Made by a program: the position numbers and the translations under genes
The notes under the pieces: generated by a model
Seen by the model: the letters and a program-made list of their open reading frames with translations, nothing else
The model's database searches: none
Told to the model about the DNA's origin: nothing
Origin: Hydrolagus colliei
Lineage: Eukaryota
Reading direction: 5' to 3'
DNA: 64,000 nucleotides
Assembly: GCA_035084275.1 (NCBI GenBank)
Contig: CM068744.1
Location: 17,360,001-17,424,000 of the forward strand
Shown: positions 1-12,564 of the stretch, piece after piece
How positions within the stretch are numbered: position 1 is the stretch's first letter
Layout of the letters: every line of letters begins with the position of its first letter

Positions 1-532
1 TGTACTGTTTGAGCTTTCTATAGTGCTTATCAAGTCCATAAAAGGAACTACAATTTAAAAAATTAAAAGGTTCTGATGAATGTTCCTATCAAAGTCTCTT
101 TAATGATCTCTGAATGATATATGATGAAATGTACATGGCCCTGAGAGCTTGAGTTTTATGATCTCCAGTGTGAAATAGGCATACACTAGACAAATTACTC
201 GATGTAATTTCTAATATAAATTGAGAATGGTTTGTTTTCTAAAATAGTACACCTTGTTTATCCTGCACTAATTCATAGCTCAAAACACAAAGGTGTAAAT
301 CATGCAGAATGGATGGACTTTCAAGGGACTCTTAATTAACGTTAAAGTATTAAATAGCCAATCATACAACCTGCTCTCTAAACACATTAAAATGTTTAAC
401 AATCTGTTTTAAAGTTCCAAAGTTGTATTTTGAATTCTTAACTTCCAATGGGATCTGCTTCAGAAATTAGCTTTGCTCTGTTTGCTTTGTTAGTAAAGTG
501 ACATTGGTAAACCAAGACCCTCAACCAGAACT

Positions 533-966
533 TACAACTACAACAAAATTGCACTTATATAGTGGCTTTCACGTCAGGAGGACATCCCAAAGCGCTGAAC
601 AGTCAGGTTGGGACCCAAGCGGGGTTGGGGGGTGGGAGGAAGAGTCGGGGTAGGGGGAAGGGGAAGGAGAGTGGGAGATGGGGAAGAGTTAGTGGGGCGG
701 TTGAAGAGGAAGGTCTTGAGACTGGCCTTGAAGGAGGAAAGGGAGTAAGCAAGGAGGAGGGGCTGCGGGATGGAGTTCCACAGTTGGGAGCAAAGAGGCT
801 GAAAGTCTGGCAGCCAATGGTTGGGCGGTTAGGGTGGTGGATGCGGAGCAGGCCTGAGTCTGCTGAACGGAGGGGATGGGCAGGCTGGTAGGGAGACAGT
901 CAGAGAGATAGGTGGGGACAAGGCCATGAGTGGCCTTGAAAGTGAGAACAAGGATCTTGAATTCGA
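533..966 (-). mobile_element. L2 LINE 3' fragment (subfamily A)
   Basis: (CAA)n tail at the left end; minus strand carries the EFKIL...LWNS C-terminal ORF2 region; homologous to 32460-32976. Confidence 0.85.
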
Positions 967-1191
967 ACTTGGTTGAGGTTATTCACATCTATCACTTCAG
1001 CAATGGAGATGTCATTGTTTCTGCTAACATATGCTAACGAACTTGCTGGCAGACCAAATGGTCGTTAAAGGACTGTAGCAGGGTATGGGTCACACCTAGA
1101 AAACATGCATCAAAGGTTTTGATAAGTTTTTTTGTACAAAGCAACTATTGTTTTTAGGGGGTATCTTCTCCAGACTCTCTCCAGCTATATA

Positions 1192-1515
1192 AAATAATAA
1201 AATAATCCTTGCATTTGATATAGTACTTTTCACATCTTATCAACGTACCCAAAGCGCTTCAAAGAAAATACTGTAAAGTGAATTAACTATATTTGTGGAT
1301 GAATCGTGGCAGCCAATTGCGCACAGCAGTGTCCCATGAAATGACCAATTTTGTTATTGTGGGTTTTTTTGAGGGATTATTATTAGGCGTGTGGAGTAAG
1401 GAAACTTGCCCAAGGTTTTGCCCTGACCTGCCTGGATTCGAACACCGATCTCCCCAGCTTGGTCTCCCCAGCTTGCAAGACAAGTGCTCAAATCATTAGG
1501 CCAAAGGAGCTCCAC
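1192..1515 (-). mobile_element. tRNA-derived SINE (short family, L2-type tail)
   Basis: Minus-strand A/B boxes (TGGCCTAATGA; GTTCGAATCC), Deu-like 3' body, (ATT)n tail; more than 10 homologous copies or fragments in window. Confidence 0.88.
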
Positions 1516-1581
1516 AAATATATCGGTGCTAATTCCTTTATTGGTTTCTGGTGCTCAAATAGCATTTAGGGCTGTAACTGC

Positions 1582-2165
1582 AAACAACAACAACTTTGAT
1601 TTATATAGCGCCTTCCATGCCGGACGGCATCTCAGAGAACTTTACAGTAGCAGATCCCGGGATTGAGCCAGGGGCAGGGGGCAGAAAGGTGACCAAAAGC
1701 GCGGTCGAAAAGAAAGGTCTTCAGCTGTGACCTGAAACTGGGAAGAGAGGGGATGAGGTGAAGGGAGTGAGTAAGGGAGTTCCAGAGCCTCGGGGCGCAG
1801 TGGCTGAAGGCACGGCCGCCAAGGGTGGAGCGAAGGATTCGGGGGACATGGAGGAGGCCAGACCCAGAGGAGCGAAGGCCGCGGGTGCTGGGTTGGGGGG
1901 AGAGGAGATCAGAGAGATAGGGGCATGCGGAGGAGTGGAGGGATTTGAAAACAATGGTGAGGATCTTGAAAACGATCCTCTCGGAAATAGGGAGCCAGTG
2001 AAGTCTGGTGAGGACTGGGGTAATGAGAGAGCGAAGCTTGGAGCTGGTGAGTATGCAGGCGGCAGGGTTTAGCTGGATTAGCTGGATTTTGTGGATTGTG
2101 GTGGAGGGGAGACCGGAGAGGAGGGAGTTGCAATAATCCAGCTGAGAGGTGACAAAGGCTTTTGG
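1582..2165 (-). mobile_element. L2 LINE 3' fragment (subfamily B, young)
   Basis: ORF 1632-2183 reads [14 protein letters not shown]...[15 protein letters not shown]...APRLWNSL, typical of the L2 ORF2 C-terminus; (CAA)n tail. Confidence 0.93.
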
Positions 2166-2292
2166 ACCCTGATTGGAATACAACTCTTGTTAGCTATCTT
2201 GTTTGAAGCCCATGTGTTTTTTAAACAACTAAAAAACCTATTTACAAATAAGTGGTGCCCTGTATCCATAGAAAGTAGGGACAGGGTTTATC

Positions 2293-2367
2293 ACCCCCAC
2301 ACCAACCCAACACCCCACTCCCCCCCCCCCGCCCCCCCCCCCCCCTCCTCCCCCACCCCCACCACCC
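2293..2367. repeat. C-rich low-complexity tract
   Basis: Long poly-C runs; G-quadruplex-capable on the minus strand. Confidence 0.85.
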
Positions 2368-2501
2368 TGACACATCAACCCATAATTGAAATGAGAATAA
2401 ACCACAGATAACTACATTTTATTGAAGAAGACATATTTTGAATGTTTGATTGCCATTCAATTCTATTGAATTCTATTCTATTGACTCCACCCTTGCATTC
2501 A

Positions 2502-3785
2502 CAACAATCAAATTACATTTGAATATTGTCTTTCATGTGGGAGGATGTCCCAAGGTGCTGGACAGACAGTATTCTGGAGCCGAGCTGGAGATAGGAATTG
2601 GGGAGTGTAAATGGTGGGGTTGGTGAGAAGGAAGTTTTTCAGAGTTCTGGTTAATCTTTGGCCTGTGGAGAAAAGAGCTGGGGAGGCCGACAACAAAGAG
2701 TTTGTATAGTTAAGTCTGGATGTTATGAATGCATGTATAAGAGCTTGACGGCTGGTGGTGTAAGACTGTGGCAGAGCCAGGCAATGTTGCAGAGGGAGTG
2801 AAACACAGAAGAGGTCATGGCACGGATGTGGGTAGAAAGGACAGTTGAAGATTGAACCAGACACCAAGGTTCCAGACTGGCTTAGTGAGATAGAGTGTGC
2901 ATCCATGAAGGGTGATGCTGTCAGCACCCTAGATATGCAGGCACTGACGGGAGCCAACCAGGAGGGCCTCGGTCTTCAACTGAATAAATTCAGCACTCAT
3001 CCAGGACTTGATATACGTTCTGCAAAAAAGCAATGATCCCGGAGTCAAGGATGGAGGCAGAAAGATACAGTTGAGTGTCATCTGCATACTTATGGAAGGC
3101 CCACCTATTTCCATGTCTGTAGATGATGTTGCCAAGTGGGGCCCTGAGGAACAATGCACCAGACAGTGCAGGGACTAGAGGAGAGGTAATGGATGAGAGT
3201 GGAGTGGTTGACGGTGTCGAACACAGCAGAGAGGTCAAGGAGGATAAGGAAGCAGAGGTATAGGTCCAGTGAAGGTTTTTTAAGGATGTGAGTGATGACC
3301 AACATTTTTGAAGGGGTGGAAACAGTGCCATTGGATAGGGAAAGGTTGATGATTTCTGTGATTAGATGAGCAAGGAGATGGAGCTGGGAGGTAAGGAAAG
3401 GGGAAGAGATGGGGGTCAAGGGAGCAGTTGGTAGGATTCATGCAGGTTAAAGTATTTATGAGAGAGGAGTGGGTGACGGTGCAGGAAGTGAAGGGAGCAA
3501 TGGAGTCAAGAGTGGTGGAGAGGGAGATGTCGAGGAGAATGACTGAGGAGGATAGGTCGTTGAGGGAGGGAGCCCAGTGGGGAAGGAGTTTAGATGACTC
3601 CAAGGCAGCGGAGAGGGATGTGGGGATGCTTTTGTTTTCTAGGGGTGGTAGGAGATAGACATGGGTTGGGTGATGGTGGGGAGCGGCGTTAAGAGGAGTT
3701 AAGAAAGACAAAGTGATGATCAGAGGTGGCTTTGTTGGTGATGGTGAGTTCTGAGACAGTGAAGCTCCGAGTGGCCAACCAATAA
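2502..3785 (-). mobile_element. Old, internally deleted L2 LINE with RT remnants
   Basis: LDLSAVFDTVNH, YADDTQLY and HAFITSRLNYTNSLL fragments in different frames. Confidence 0.85.
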
Positions 3786-5159
3786 TCAAAATGCTTCAGT
3801 TTGGACTATTCTGTTGTCAAGTTTACAATAAGATTTATATTTAGATTTATATTTATAGGGCAGCTTTCACTGTGAGAGGATGCCTCAGAGTTTGACAATG
3901 CTGAATCAACACCAGAGTTAGAGGTGGTAGCTGAAGGGCCAAGGTGACCAAAAGTGCATTCAAGGAGAGATCTTTGAGATGCCTTGAAAGCAGGGAGCAA
4001 GCGAGTCGGATGGATTCAGGTATAATGTTTGGCCCTATAACTCATTGATTTGTTAATTTAATAACCCCAGCACTAATTAAGAATATTTCTAAAAGTTCCC
4101 TATATTGTTCCCAAGGCCTGTAATAGCTGCACAAGGCTTTAGTTTTCTTAGCTCTGGTTGATTCAGTACCCATGATTGTATAATTTTTAAATATAACAAT
4201 TTGGATTAATGAGAGTTTTATAGAAGAGCGGAAACATTCTTGAGGCAAAATTATTTCATGGTAAAGTGGTGTAACCTGAGCAATAAATGTCACATTTTCT
4301 TCAGTAACAGTTCCTTAAACGTACTGTGCCAAAATAATGAGCCCCTAAACATGGTTTTAAATGCCCATGATGCTTGAAACACATCCATTATTACTTTTTT
4401 TATATAGAGTTAGGGGCAGACTACACTGAATCCCATAGACCAATTCTTCTTGAGATGTTACCTGAGAGAAGAAAAAAATGTGAACTTATTGCAGCACAGG
4501 TCATGTTATTGAACCAATGCCATTTCTTTAAAAAGGAACCTTACGAGCAACTTAGGCCCATTCATAATAAATATGGGGACAATTTGTCAATCCTCATAAA
4601 TATCGTTACACACATTCACTGATACGTCATACAACTTACATTTGCAGGGAATAGACTAATAACTGGCACTTAACTGTGCAAAGTGTTAACAAAGAAACCA
4701 CTCTCAGTATTATCAGATTTTAATCTCAGAACAAGTTTTCGATATATTTTCTGTTATAGACTGTACAAGATAACTAGATGTTGTTATATACCTATTCTTA
4801 TGGAAAATTGCTATCACTGTCAAGAGAATGAAGCTTACACTTAGAGTAAGTCTCAATAGCAGCTGTTTAAAGATGATTAGGTTGCTCTAACCTTGCAGTT
4901 CAATGTGTCATTTGCATGGCCATTCTTGATGTATATGAATCTTATTTGTATTTTTCTTCATTTGCTTTTCCACCAAACGTGCAGTTCTTCATATGACATT
5001 TACTTTCTAGCTTTTTTTTCTTTGTGGACAATTTTAACTAAAGAAAATCCCAACAAACTTCTAATTTGGTATAGCTCATTTCACAATGGGAGAGAATCTC
5101 AATACATTTCAAAGGATCTACTGTAAGTATGTAGATTTTCATCATGTGGCTGTGTGTTT

Positions 5160-5300
5160 AACACAACAACAAATTTACATTTGTAAATCGCCTTTCAAGT
5201 GGGGAAGATGTCCCAAGGCACTGAAAAGTTGGGGATCAGGACCCAAGCATGAGAGTGGAGTGTTGGGATGAAGGAGGGCAGAGAGGTGGGAGGATGGCTG
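5160..5300 (-). mobile_element. Isolated L2 3' tail
   Basis: acaacaacaaatttacatttgtaaatcgcctttca...tcccaaggcactg matches the tail of other L2 copies. Confidence 0.7.
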
Positions 5301-5364
5301 ATTCATAGGTAAATGTAACAATGAGTTTGCTCACACCAATCAGGTTGAACATTGAATTTTCACT

Positions 5365-5670
5365 TGAGGGATTGTTGGCCCAGATTTTGGGAGAAACATT
5401 AAACCTGTGGTCCTGTCTGCCTGTTCGGATGGATGTTAAAGATTTTAAGGTACTATTTGAAAAGTAAAGAGGTTTCTCACAATAATCTCCAAGATAAATT
5501 CTTTATTTACTTCATGACTTTTTGAGGGATAATGTTGTGTGCAAATTAGCTGCCACATTTGCCAACAAAATTCAGTCTCTGAACTTTACAGCAAATTCTT
5601 TGATAGTACGTGAGACTCCCTCCTGACATGAAAGGTGTGCACCAGTATTCAAGGATTATTATTATTAGTA
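5365..5670 (+). mobile_element. Degenerate DeuSINE fragment
   Basis: ttaaacctgtggtcctgtctgcctgttcggatggatgttaaagat and gtgtgcaaattagctgccacattt Deu-like motifs; ATT tail. Confidence 0.7.
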
Positions 5671-7394
5671 TCATATCAATCATGTCTGCATCCATGGTCT
5701 ACAAAATTGCTCCTTCCAGGAGGGTTTTCAGTGATCAGGATCAGAACAACAATAAATTTACATTGGTGTAGCATCTTTCACATCAAGAAGTCCCAAGACG
5801 CTGGGAATACTACAGAAAGAAAATATTGCTGTTTTTTCTCTTCTTAATGTAGTATGCTGAGGCCAAATATAGTGTCCCTAATACTCCTAGGTATTTTGGT
5901 TCAGCTACGCACAAGAGAAATTCATTTAATCATCATGAGAACATGAAAGTTATTTATGATTTTCTCGATTTTACAAAATACAAAATGTAGTTTGTTGTAG
6001 TTATATATAAACAAAGAATCTAGCAGCTTCTGTAGCCATCAGCTGATTGCATTTGTGCTGTCCAATACAAAATAGTCATGCAGGCAAAAGTAAGGGAACC
6101 ATTATACTAATATTACAATAATTTACTGTAGAATTACTCAGCCCCAGGCTATCATTATTCACCGCAGGCTACTTTGCCATTGAAAAATACGTGGACAGCT
6201 AATTCTCTAAAGCAGGGGTTCTCAAGCTTTGTCACAGTGAGCTTCCATAAGCTGAGAAAACAAGTGTGCCTCCCACGGTTCACGATTACAGCAGGAAGAA
6301 CTGAAAATCCTATACTCCACAAGAATATAACCAACAAAGTAGAAGGACTCCTATCAATACAGTTACAATAAGAGTATCAACATTAAAAGCACCAATTCTA
6401 CATCACAAAGCATTCTTCGTGCTGTCCTACAGCGCTAACCTAAAGAGCACAAATCATAGCAGCCAAAACAAAACTGTACAAACATTCCAGGAAATCACAA
6501 CATCAAACCAGTGCAGACCATGTCAGTGCTATATAAATCAGTCCCAGCCAATAAGTGGGAGGAGTCTTCTTGCTGTACAAAATAGTGGAATTTGGTGTTG
6601 TGGTGAAGAAAAAAATGTTTGGCTGCCACGGAGAGCACTATCGCTGGGCCTGGCCTGGCCATTGGGAGAAGTATAGGATGACCATCGTTTTCCAACCAAA
6701 TCCGAGTTCATATATAATAAAAATTGAACTCTCCATAATTTCTGATGCTGGCTTTACCGGAGAAGTTTGTTGGATTAATGGCTGTATTTCTCTTATGAAT
6801 GGATCTGATTTTTTTTAAATTGTTCCTGCTCAGTTTATTGTTGAACTAAAGACAGGGCAGATTTGACCAGGGACACAATACCTCATCCAGGGATTGTCCC
6901 CCAGAAATCATTGATATATAATCACCCTGGAAGGGATGGCCATTGTGGGAAATACTGGCGTGGGGCACTGTCACTGGTGGAACTTCCAGGATGTGAGGCC
7001 AGGATGTGAGGCCAGCCCTGTAAAACTTGGGTCTGTTGGGACACTCACAACTGATGTTTTCCCTTACAAATGCCCATTCCTCCCCCTTTAAGTTCTCACT
7101 TGAAACCTGCTTCTTTGACCACTCTGATTCTTTGACCACCTCCACCTTCCCTTCTCTACCTGTCCCTTACTCAGCATCCAATAGTACTGCAATGGTGCAG
7201 TACTATTGCACCATTGAAGGACAATACCAACTGAGCAGGATAGGATAAATAAAACGATACAAAATCAGAATTCATTGCCAACTGATAATTAGCTGGTCTT
7301 ATAATTTTACACCATATACATAAAGGTGGTGAATTGTGAGATTGAATGAATATTGCATTTTGTTCTATTCACCTCACCATAAGGGTGCTGCCCA

Positions 7395-7790
7395 AGCCCT
7401 CGAGGCTGTGAAGAGGAGGTGCATCATTGGAGGAATGATCTATGAGCAATAATTAGACAGGCTAGGGCTATTCATCTTAAAGGAGATGTGTCAGAAGGGA
7501 TCTGAGAAAGATATCATTCTTTAAATGGAATTTGGAATGTAATCCAAGAACAATACTTTCAGATTCACCAAGTCAGTAAAACAACAGGACACAGGTTTAA
7601 AGTTACAAGGGGCAATTTCTGAATAAAATAGAAAGTATTTCCAGAGGACAATGAACAACTGGAACAAGTCACTGGGGTTGAGGCCAGGACGTATTCAAAA
7701 AACAACTTGATGGAAGGATGGGAAGATGGGTATTCTGGAAGGATGAGATAAAATGGGCCAAATTGCCCAATGCATCCAAAATTTTCATTT
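7395..7790 (+). mobile_element. Old CR1 LINE 3' fragment
   Basis: Decayed YE.RLDRLGLF.L and RGH.FK motifs; homologous to 13000-13555 and 22685-24510. Confidence 0.7.
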
Positions 7791-8074
7791 GGTCTGGTGT
7801 AGGTGTCTATGTGTTTCTATTCCCAGTACCTCCCACCCCCACCCCCACCGACCGCCCATTAATGTATATCTCACAAGCTTAATATCTTGCATTTTTTTTT
7901 AAAAAAAGAAAGACCCTCATCATGTTACCTGCCTCAAAATAAAACTCAGGGAAGTTTTAGCTAAATTTGATACATATGTGGTTTGTTTCTGAAGCAGGAT
8001 AATATTAAATTTGTTTGGATTGGCTTCTTTCTATACTTGTTGCTGCATTGCACTGGACATACAGTCTGTAAGTT

Positions 8075-8174
8075 CAGTTCTGATGAAGGGTCTGCTCCCG
8101 AAACGTGGACTCACTTTTCCTTCTCCATAGATGCTGCCTGACCTGCGGAATGTTCCCAGTGATTTCTGTTTTTG
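8075..8174 (+). mobile_element. Penelope-like terminal remnant with minimal hammerhead ribozyme motif
   Basis: AGTT-CTGATGA-A-GGG(tctgct)CCC-GAAA-CGTG-GACT followed by gatgctgcctgacctg...; near-identical copy at 63786. Confidence 0.7.
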
Positions 8175-9869
8175 ATACAGTCTGTACTTTGCTGCAATGG
8201 TGCTTTGGAGAGAGTGGGAAAATAACATGTAACACATATGCCTGAAATTGTCCTGCTTTGGGTAATTTAACTCCCTGGTTACCAATAATTATAATAGCTT
8301 GGTTGCTTTGGTGGTAACCCTGCTTTTAGCATCCCTACAAATTTCTATTTTCCACAGTGAATTAAGCATATCAGTGATACATGCTGCACAAAACTAAAAC
8401 ATTAATTAAAACAATTAAATCCTCAATTAATAGGATGTGGCCCAGGCAACTATCAACAATAACAAAATTACATTTATAGAGCGCCTTTCACATTTGGAGG
8501 ACGTCCCAAGTCACTGTTGGGCGAACCTGAAAGCTAACCTGAAATTATCTTGAAAAATAATGGTCTGCTTAACATGTTGGACGTCATATTTGACATGTGA
8601 TTTAATGCTGCACAGTCTGTTATTCATTTCATGGTGAAATGAATTACTGGGCAGAAATTCGCGGTGCCTAAAAGACAACAGCCACTGACAGGATCAGGTA
8701 ATCATGAGCCAAAAAAATCACTGTGCATTATTACTCTGTAATACTGTCTGTCAAGCGCTTTGGGGCATCCTCCTGATGTGAAAGGTGCTCTAGAAATATA
8801 ATTATATTGTTGTTGTTGTTGAAAGGCACTATACAAATGTAATTTTATTGTTGTTGTTGTTATTTCCAAAGCTGAAAGCATAATTGATGCTGCAGTAAAT
8901 GGATGGATTACAGTAGTTTCACCTGAAGGGCTGGTTGAAAAAGAGTGAATCAGAATAAAACTTAAAATTTTAAAATCTAGCTGCTCATGATAGTTTTTTT
9001 CTTCTGGTGACAGCTGAATATTGCCCAATTGTCACAGGCTATGTAACACAATATTCGATTTGCGTGAAATATATACAGTCTATGCACTTTACAGTAAATT
9101 CTCAGTCAGAACTGATCCTGATTTTACATTGTAAACTCAATGACCTAAAATACAGATGTCATATTTAGCACTTAAAACGAGGGGGTAGATAACACATTAT
9201 ATTCTTGAACTCTCCCTGTTAATACAAATATTTATGGTGGGAAGTGAATGAGGGTGTACTGAAAGAAGATAAAAACAATTTTTGACATTGATGTAATAAT
9301 CGAGTGTAATTGAAATTACACTCGAATTATGAAACTGTAGATACTGCCATGACTAAAACCATGGGCTCTCTCATTGCCTTCAAAATAATGAATGATTGAG
9401 CTAGAGATATATCAAATGCAAATATCTATTTACACACCATCTTCCAGTATTTATAAAGGATACATCTCTCTACAGGAAGGCAGAAGAACTTGTACCCACA
9501 ATATGGTCATGGGATTGGAAATTAATGTAAATGAAAATTCAATGCGCTGTCATAATGTGAACTTGGAAAGACCCCGGACTGTAATTCTAACACTAAACTT
9601 CCGAAATAATGAAAAATAGCAAACTTGTTATTAAAACAGTAAATCTTGAAGTATAAAATTAAACAGCTTGTATTTTTATCATGTTTATGTTGCTTTCTCT
9701 GTTCTCATTTGAATGGGCATTTGAATGGCATGTTGTGGGCTAAATTCTTTCCTTATATTATCCATCCTACACGTAACTTTATTCTCTGAAAACTTTCATT
9801 GTAAAACTGAAAGCAATCTTAAGTTTATTTCCTAAAACAGCAGAAATTAGGTTAGTTGATAATTGCATC

Positions 9870-10090
9870 CCATTAAGTGGTGTTGAGTCATATAGACCAG
9901 GACTGCCCAGATTTAATTCCCAATTTGTTTCATATTAACTGATTCCTGACCGGAGGGGGAATGGGATATGTTCCGATTGGTCTCTATTTCAGGTGGCATA
10001 TTAAGAAGTAAATCAGCTGCTACTCCTGATCACAGCTACATGTGTATGGACACTGGGTGGGACAGGAATGGATTTGGCAAGCATGAAGTG
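9870..10090 (+). mobile_element. Ancient SINE relic (AmnSINE2-like)
   Basis: gtggtgttgagtcatatagaccagga...ctcctgatc...tggacactgggtgggacagga resembles the recalled AmnSINE2 consensus. Confidence 0.5.
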
Positions 10091-11099
10091 ATGCTTGGGC
10101 ACTTCCTATATGTAATATACTTGTGGAGAGTGCAACAAGTGACAATGCTTCCTGTGCAAAGTGCATATGTTTGGAATGCACAGGATGTGATGTTAGCACC
10201 AACCTGAGAACCCAGATCTTGGACATCTTTAAAGTGGGAAGCTGGCTGCTCAGTGCTGGCAACCGGGCTTATTGGATTCCAGTTAGTGGGGTTCACAGAA
10301 CACCAACACTATGTGAATCCACAATAAAAAGGGAGGGTGGGGACAATTATAACTGGGTCATCTGTAATATAAGATAATATATGAGATTGAGAGAGTACAT
10401 TGAGAGAACGCAGAACAATAGTTTCAGAAATCCAAAGGCAGTAGAACAAGAGGCCCCAATTTAAGGGCAATTTCAGGATAAACATCAGGAAATATCTATT
10501 TACCTGGAGTAATAACAATAATAATAAAGGCCATTCTAAGTGTGTCCTAGCCATTTCTAATGAAAGCACCAAATTATGCCATGGAGCATATTTTAACAGG
10601 AAATCTTAACAATGGTTTACTGTGCTCTTGTAACAGCAGCAAGATATCAAAGCGATCCATTGTATAAAACTCAAGTAAGCCAATGGACAAAACTGTCCAC
10701 ACGGATATATTAACCAAATATTGCAGAAGAGGGAATACATGTAAAACTGTCTGACATGTGTGTTTAATTTCCTGTTCAATTCCATTTTATACCTGGAAAA
10801 GATGAGATTTCAGCTTAGAAATTGCTGCTTGTTAATAATAAAATGTAGCAATGGAAATAACAATTCATAAATGGTGATTATATTTTGCCAAGTATAATGT
10901 CATTCACTTCCTGGGAATGTATTCAAATTCAATGGTCAGCAATTGTTTAATAGAAGATATTCTGGAGAATTTCCAATAGAGTAAGGCCCAAAAGAGTGTT
11001 AGTGATTGCAAATAACAGATTGCAAAAGAATATTGATATTACTAAGGTCATTATTGAAAACCAGCCAAATGTGGTTATTTGTAATCCTAAACTAAATAG

Positions 11100-11530
11100 G
11101 AATCAGCCCACTCAGTTGGCAGCACTCTCACCTCTGAATCAGAAAATTCTGGGTTCAAGCCCCACAGTGGGATTTAGAATTTCACTAATTTGTGGACTTT
11201 TACCTGACTCCACTGGCTTCCCATTACTCGGAGAATTCAATTCAAGATACTCATTCTTACGTTCAAGGCCCTCCATGGCTTTGCGCACCTTACCTCTCCT
11301 AACCCCCACCAACCTATTTGTTACCTCCGCTCAGATGGCTTTGGCCTGCTCCATGTCCCCCGACTAACCAGCCCCACTATAGGTGGGCGAGATTTCAGCC
11401 ACTCTGCCCCATGCCATCGGTCAACCCCCTTCCCTCCACCCTCTCCAATCACTACCCCAGCTTGGATCCGACACAATGTTGTCCTCCCAACGAGAAAAGC
11501 ACTATACAAATGTAATTGTGTTGTTGTTCT
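11100..11530 (+). mobile_element. DeuSINE tRNA head (about 11100-11170) followed by an L2 3' fragment (11205-11530)
   Basis: ctcagttggcagcactctcacctctgaatcaga...gggttcaagcccc head; ctccactggcttccc (LHWLP) through a (TTG)n tail. Confidence 0.75.
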
Positions 11531-11786
11531 TGTTCAAGATGAAAATCGACTGGTATATGAAACATAGAGGTTTGTAGGTGGTTGGGAATCAAGCAGAGCA
11601 TGAAGATTGAATCAACAGCTTGCTCTCAGAACTAGTGCTGACTAATGGGCTGTTTCTATGTATGTATGCATGTATTTACGGATGGGCTCTTTTAACCTTA
11701 TCCTTAGTTAAATGGCTCAGGCATAATACCTCCTACAATGCAGCACACTGCTAGCATCGTACTGTAGTATCAGCTAGACTATATAG

Positions 11787-12564
11787 TAGGGTCCGGCTAT
11801 ATATCAATATATCACTAAAACCCAATATAATTTTCATATCGATACGCCGATATAGACATTTTTAAAATATCGATATATCGAAAAAACGATATATCGAGGT
11901 AAAAAATCGGGATGCGAGCACACTGAACTACAAGACCCAGAATGCTCATCTCTATACACAATGCACATACCGAGGTGCAAAGCCGCCATATTGTGTTCAC
12001 AGTCCTCAAATACAATATACAGGTATGCAAGGGGTGGGGGGTGAGAGAGATGGCTGGGGGTGGGGGGGGGGTGAGGGGGAGAGAGACTGCTGGGGGGTGG
12101 TGAGGGGGAGAGAGACGGCTGGGGGGAGGGGGAGAGAAATGGCTGGGTGGAGGGGGAGAGAGATGGCTGGGGGGAGGGGGAGAGAGATGGCTGGGGGGGG
12201 GGGGGAGAGGGGGAGAGAGACGGCTGGGGGGAGGGGGAGAGAGACGGCTGGGGGGAGGGGGAGAGAGACGGCTGGGGGGAGGGAGAGAGAGGAAGAGAGA
12301 CACAGAGACACACAGACAGAAAAATACAGAGATGGAGAGAGTGAGAGACACAGAGAGAGAAAGATATTTACCTCCTGAGAAGATGGGCCCCGATTGCGCG
12401 CACACCCTGAATGCGCGCGCACCCGGGATGCGCGTGCACTCCGAATGCGTGCGCCGCGCACGCATGCGCATTACGAAAAAATTGAAAATATCGATATTTC
12501 GGTATATCTCGATATGAGCCCATCGATATATTTAATCGGAAAATTTCCATATCGACGGATCCTA
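11787..12564. mobile_element. Non-autonomous hAT DNA transposon (778 bp)
   Basis: TIRs TAGGGTCCG / CGGATCCTA; perfect 8-bp TSD CTATATAG (11779-11786, 12565-12572); subterminal ATATCG/CGATAT arrays. Confidence 0.92.
12030..12362 (+). repeat. G-rich ~24-bp minisatellite and GA tract inside the hAT element
   Basis: About 10 units of GGCTGGGGGGAGGGGGAGAGAGA(C/T). Confidence 0.92.

Noticed and set aside
68-150. CTGATGA (73) as a hammerhead core, or ATGATGA (121)/CTGA (141) as a C/D snoRNA
   Set aside because: No stem II plus GAAA after the core; no terminal D box or closing stem at a suitable distance
11815-12471. Pro-rich and Gly/Arg-rich ORFs up to 218 aa
   Set aside because: Translations of the G-rich minisatellite inside the hAT element, open in several frames
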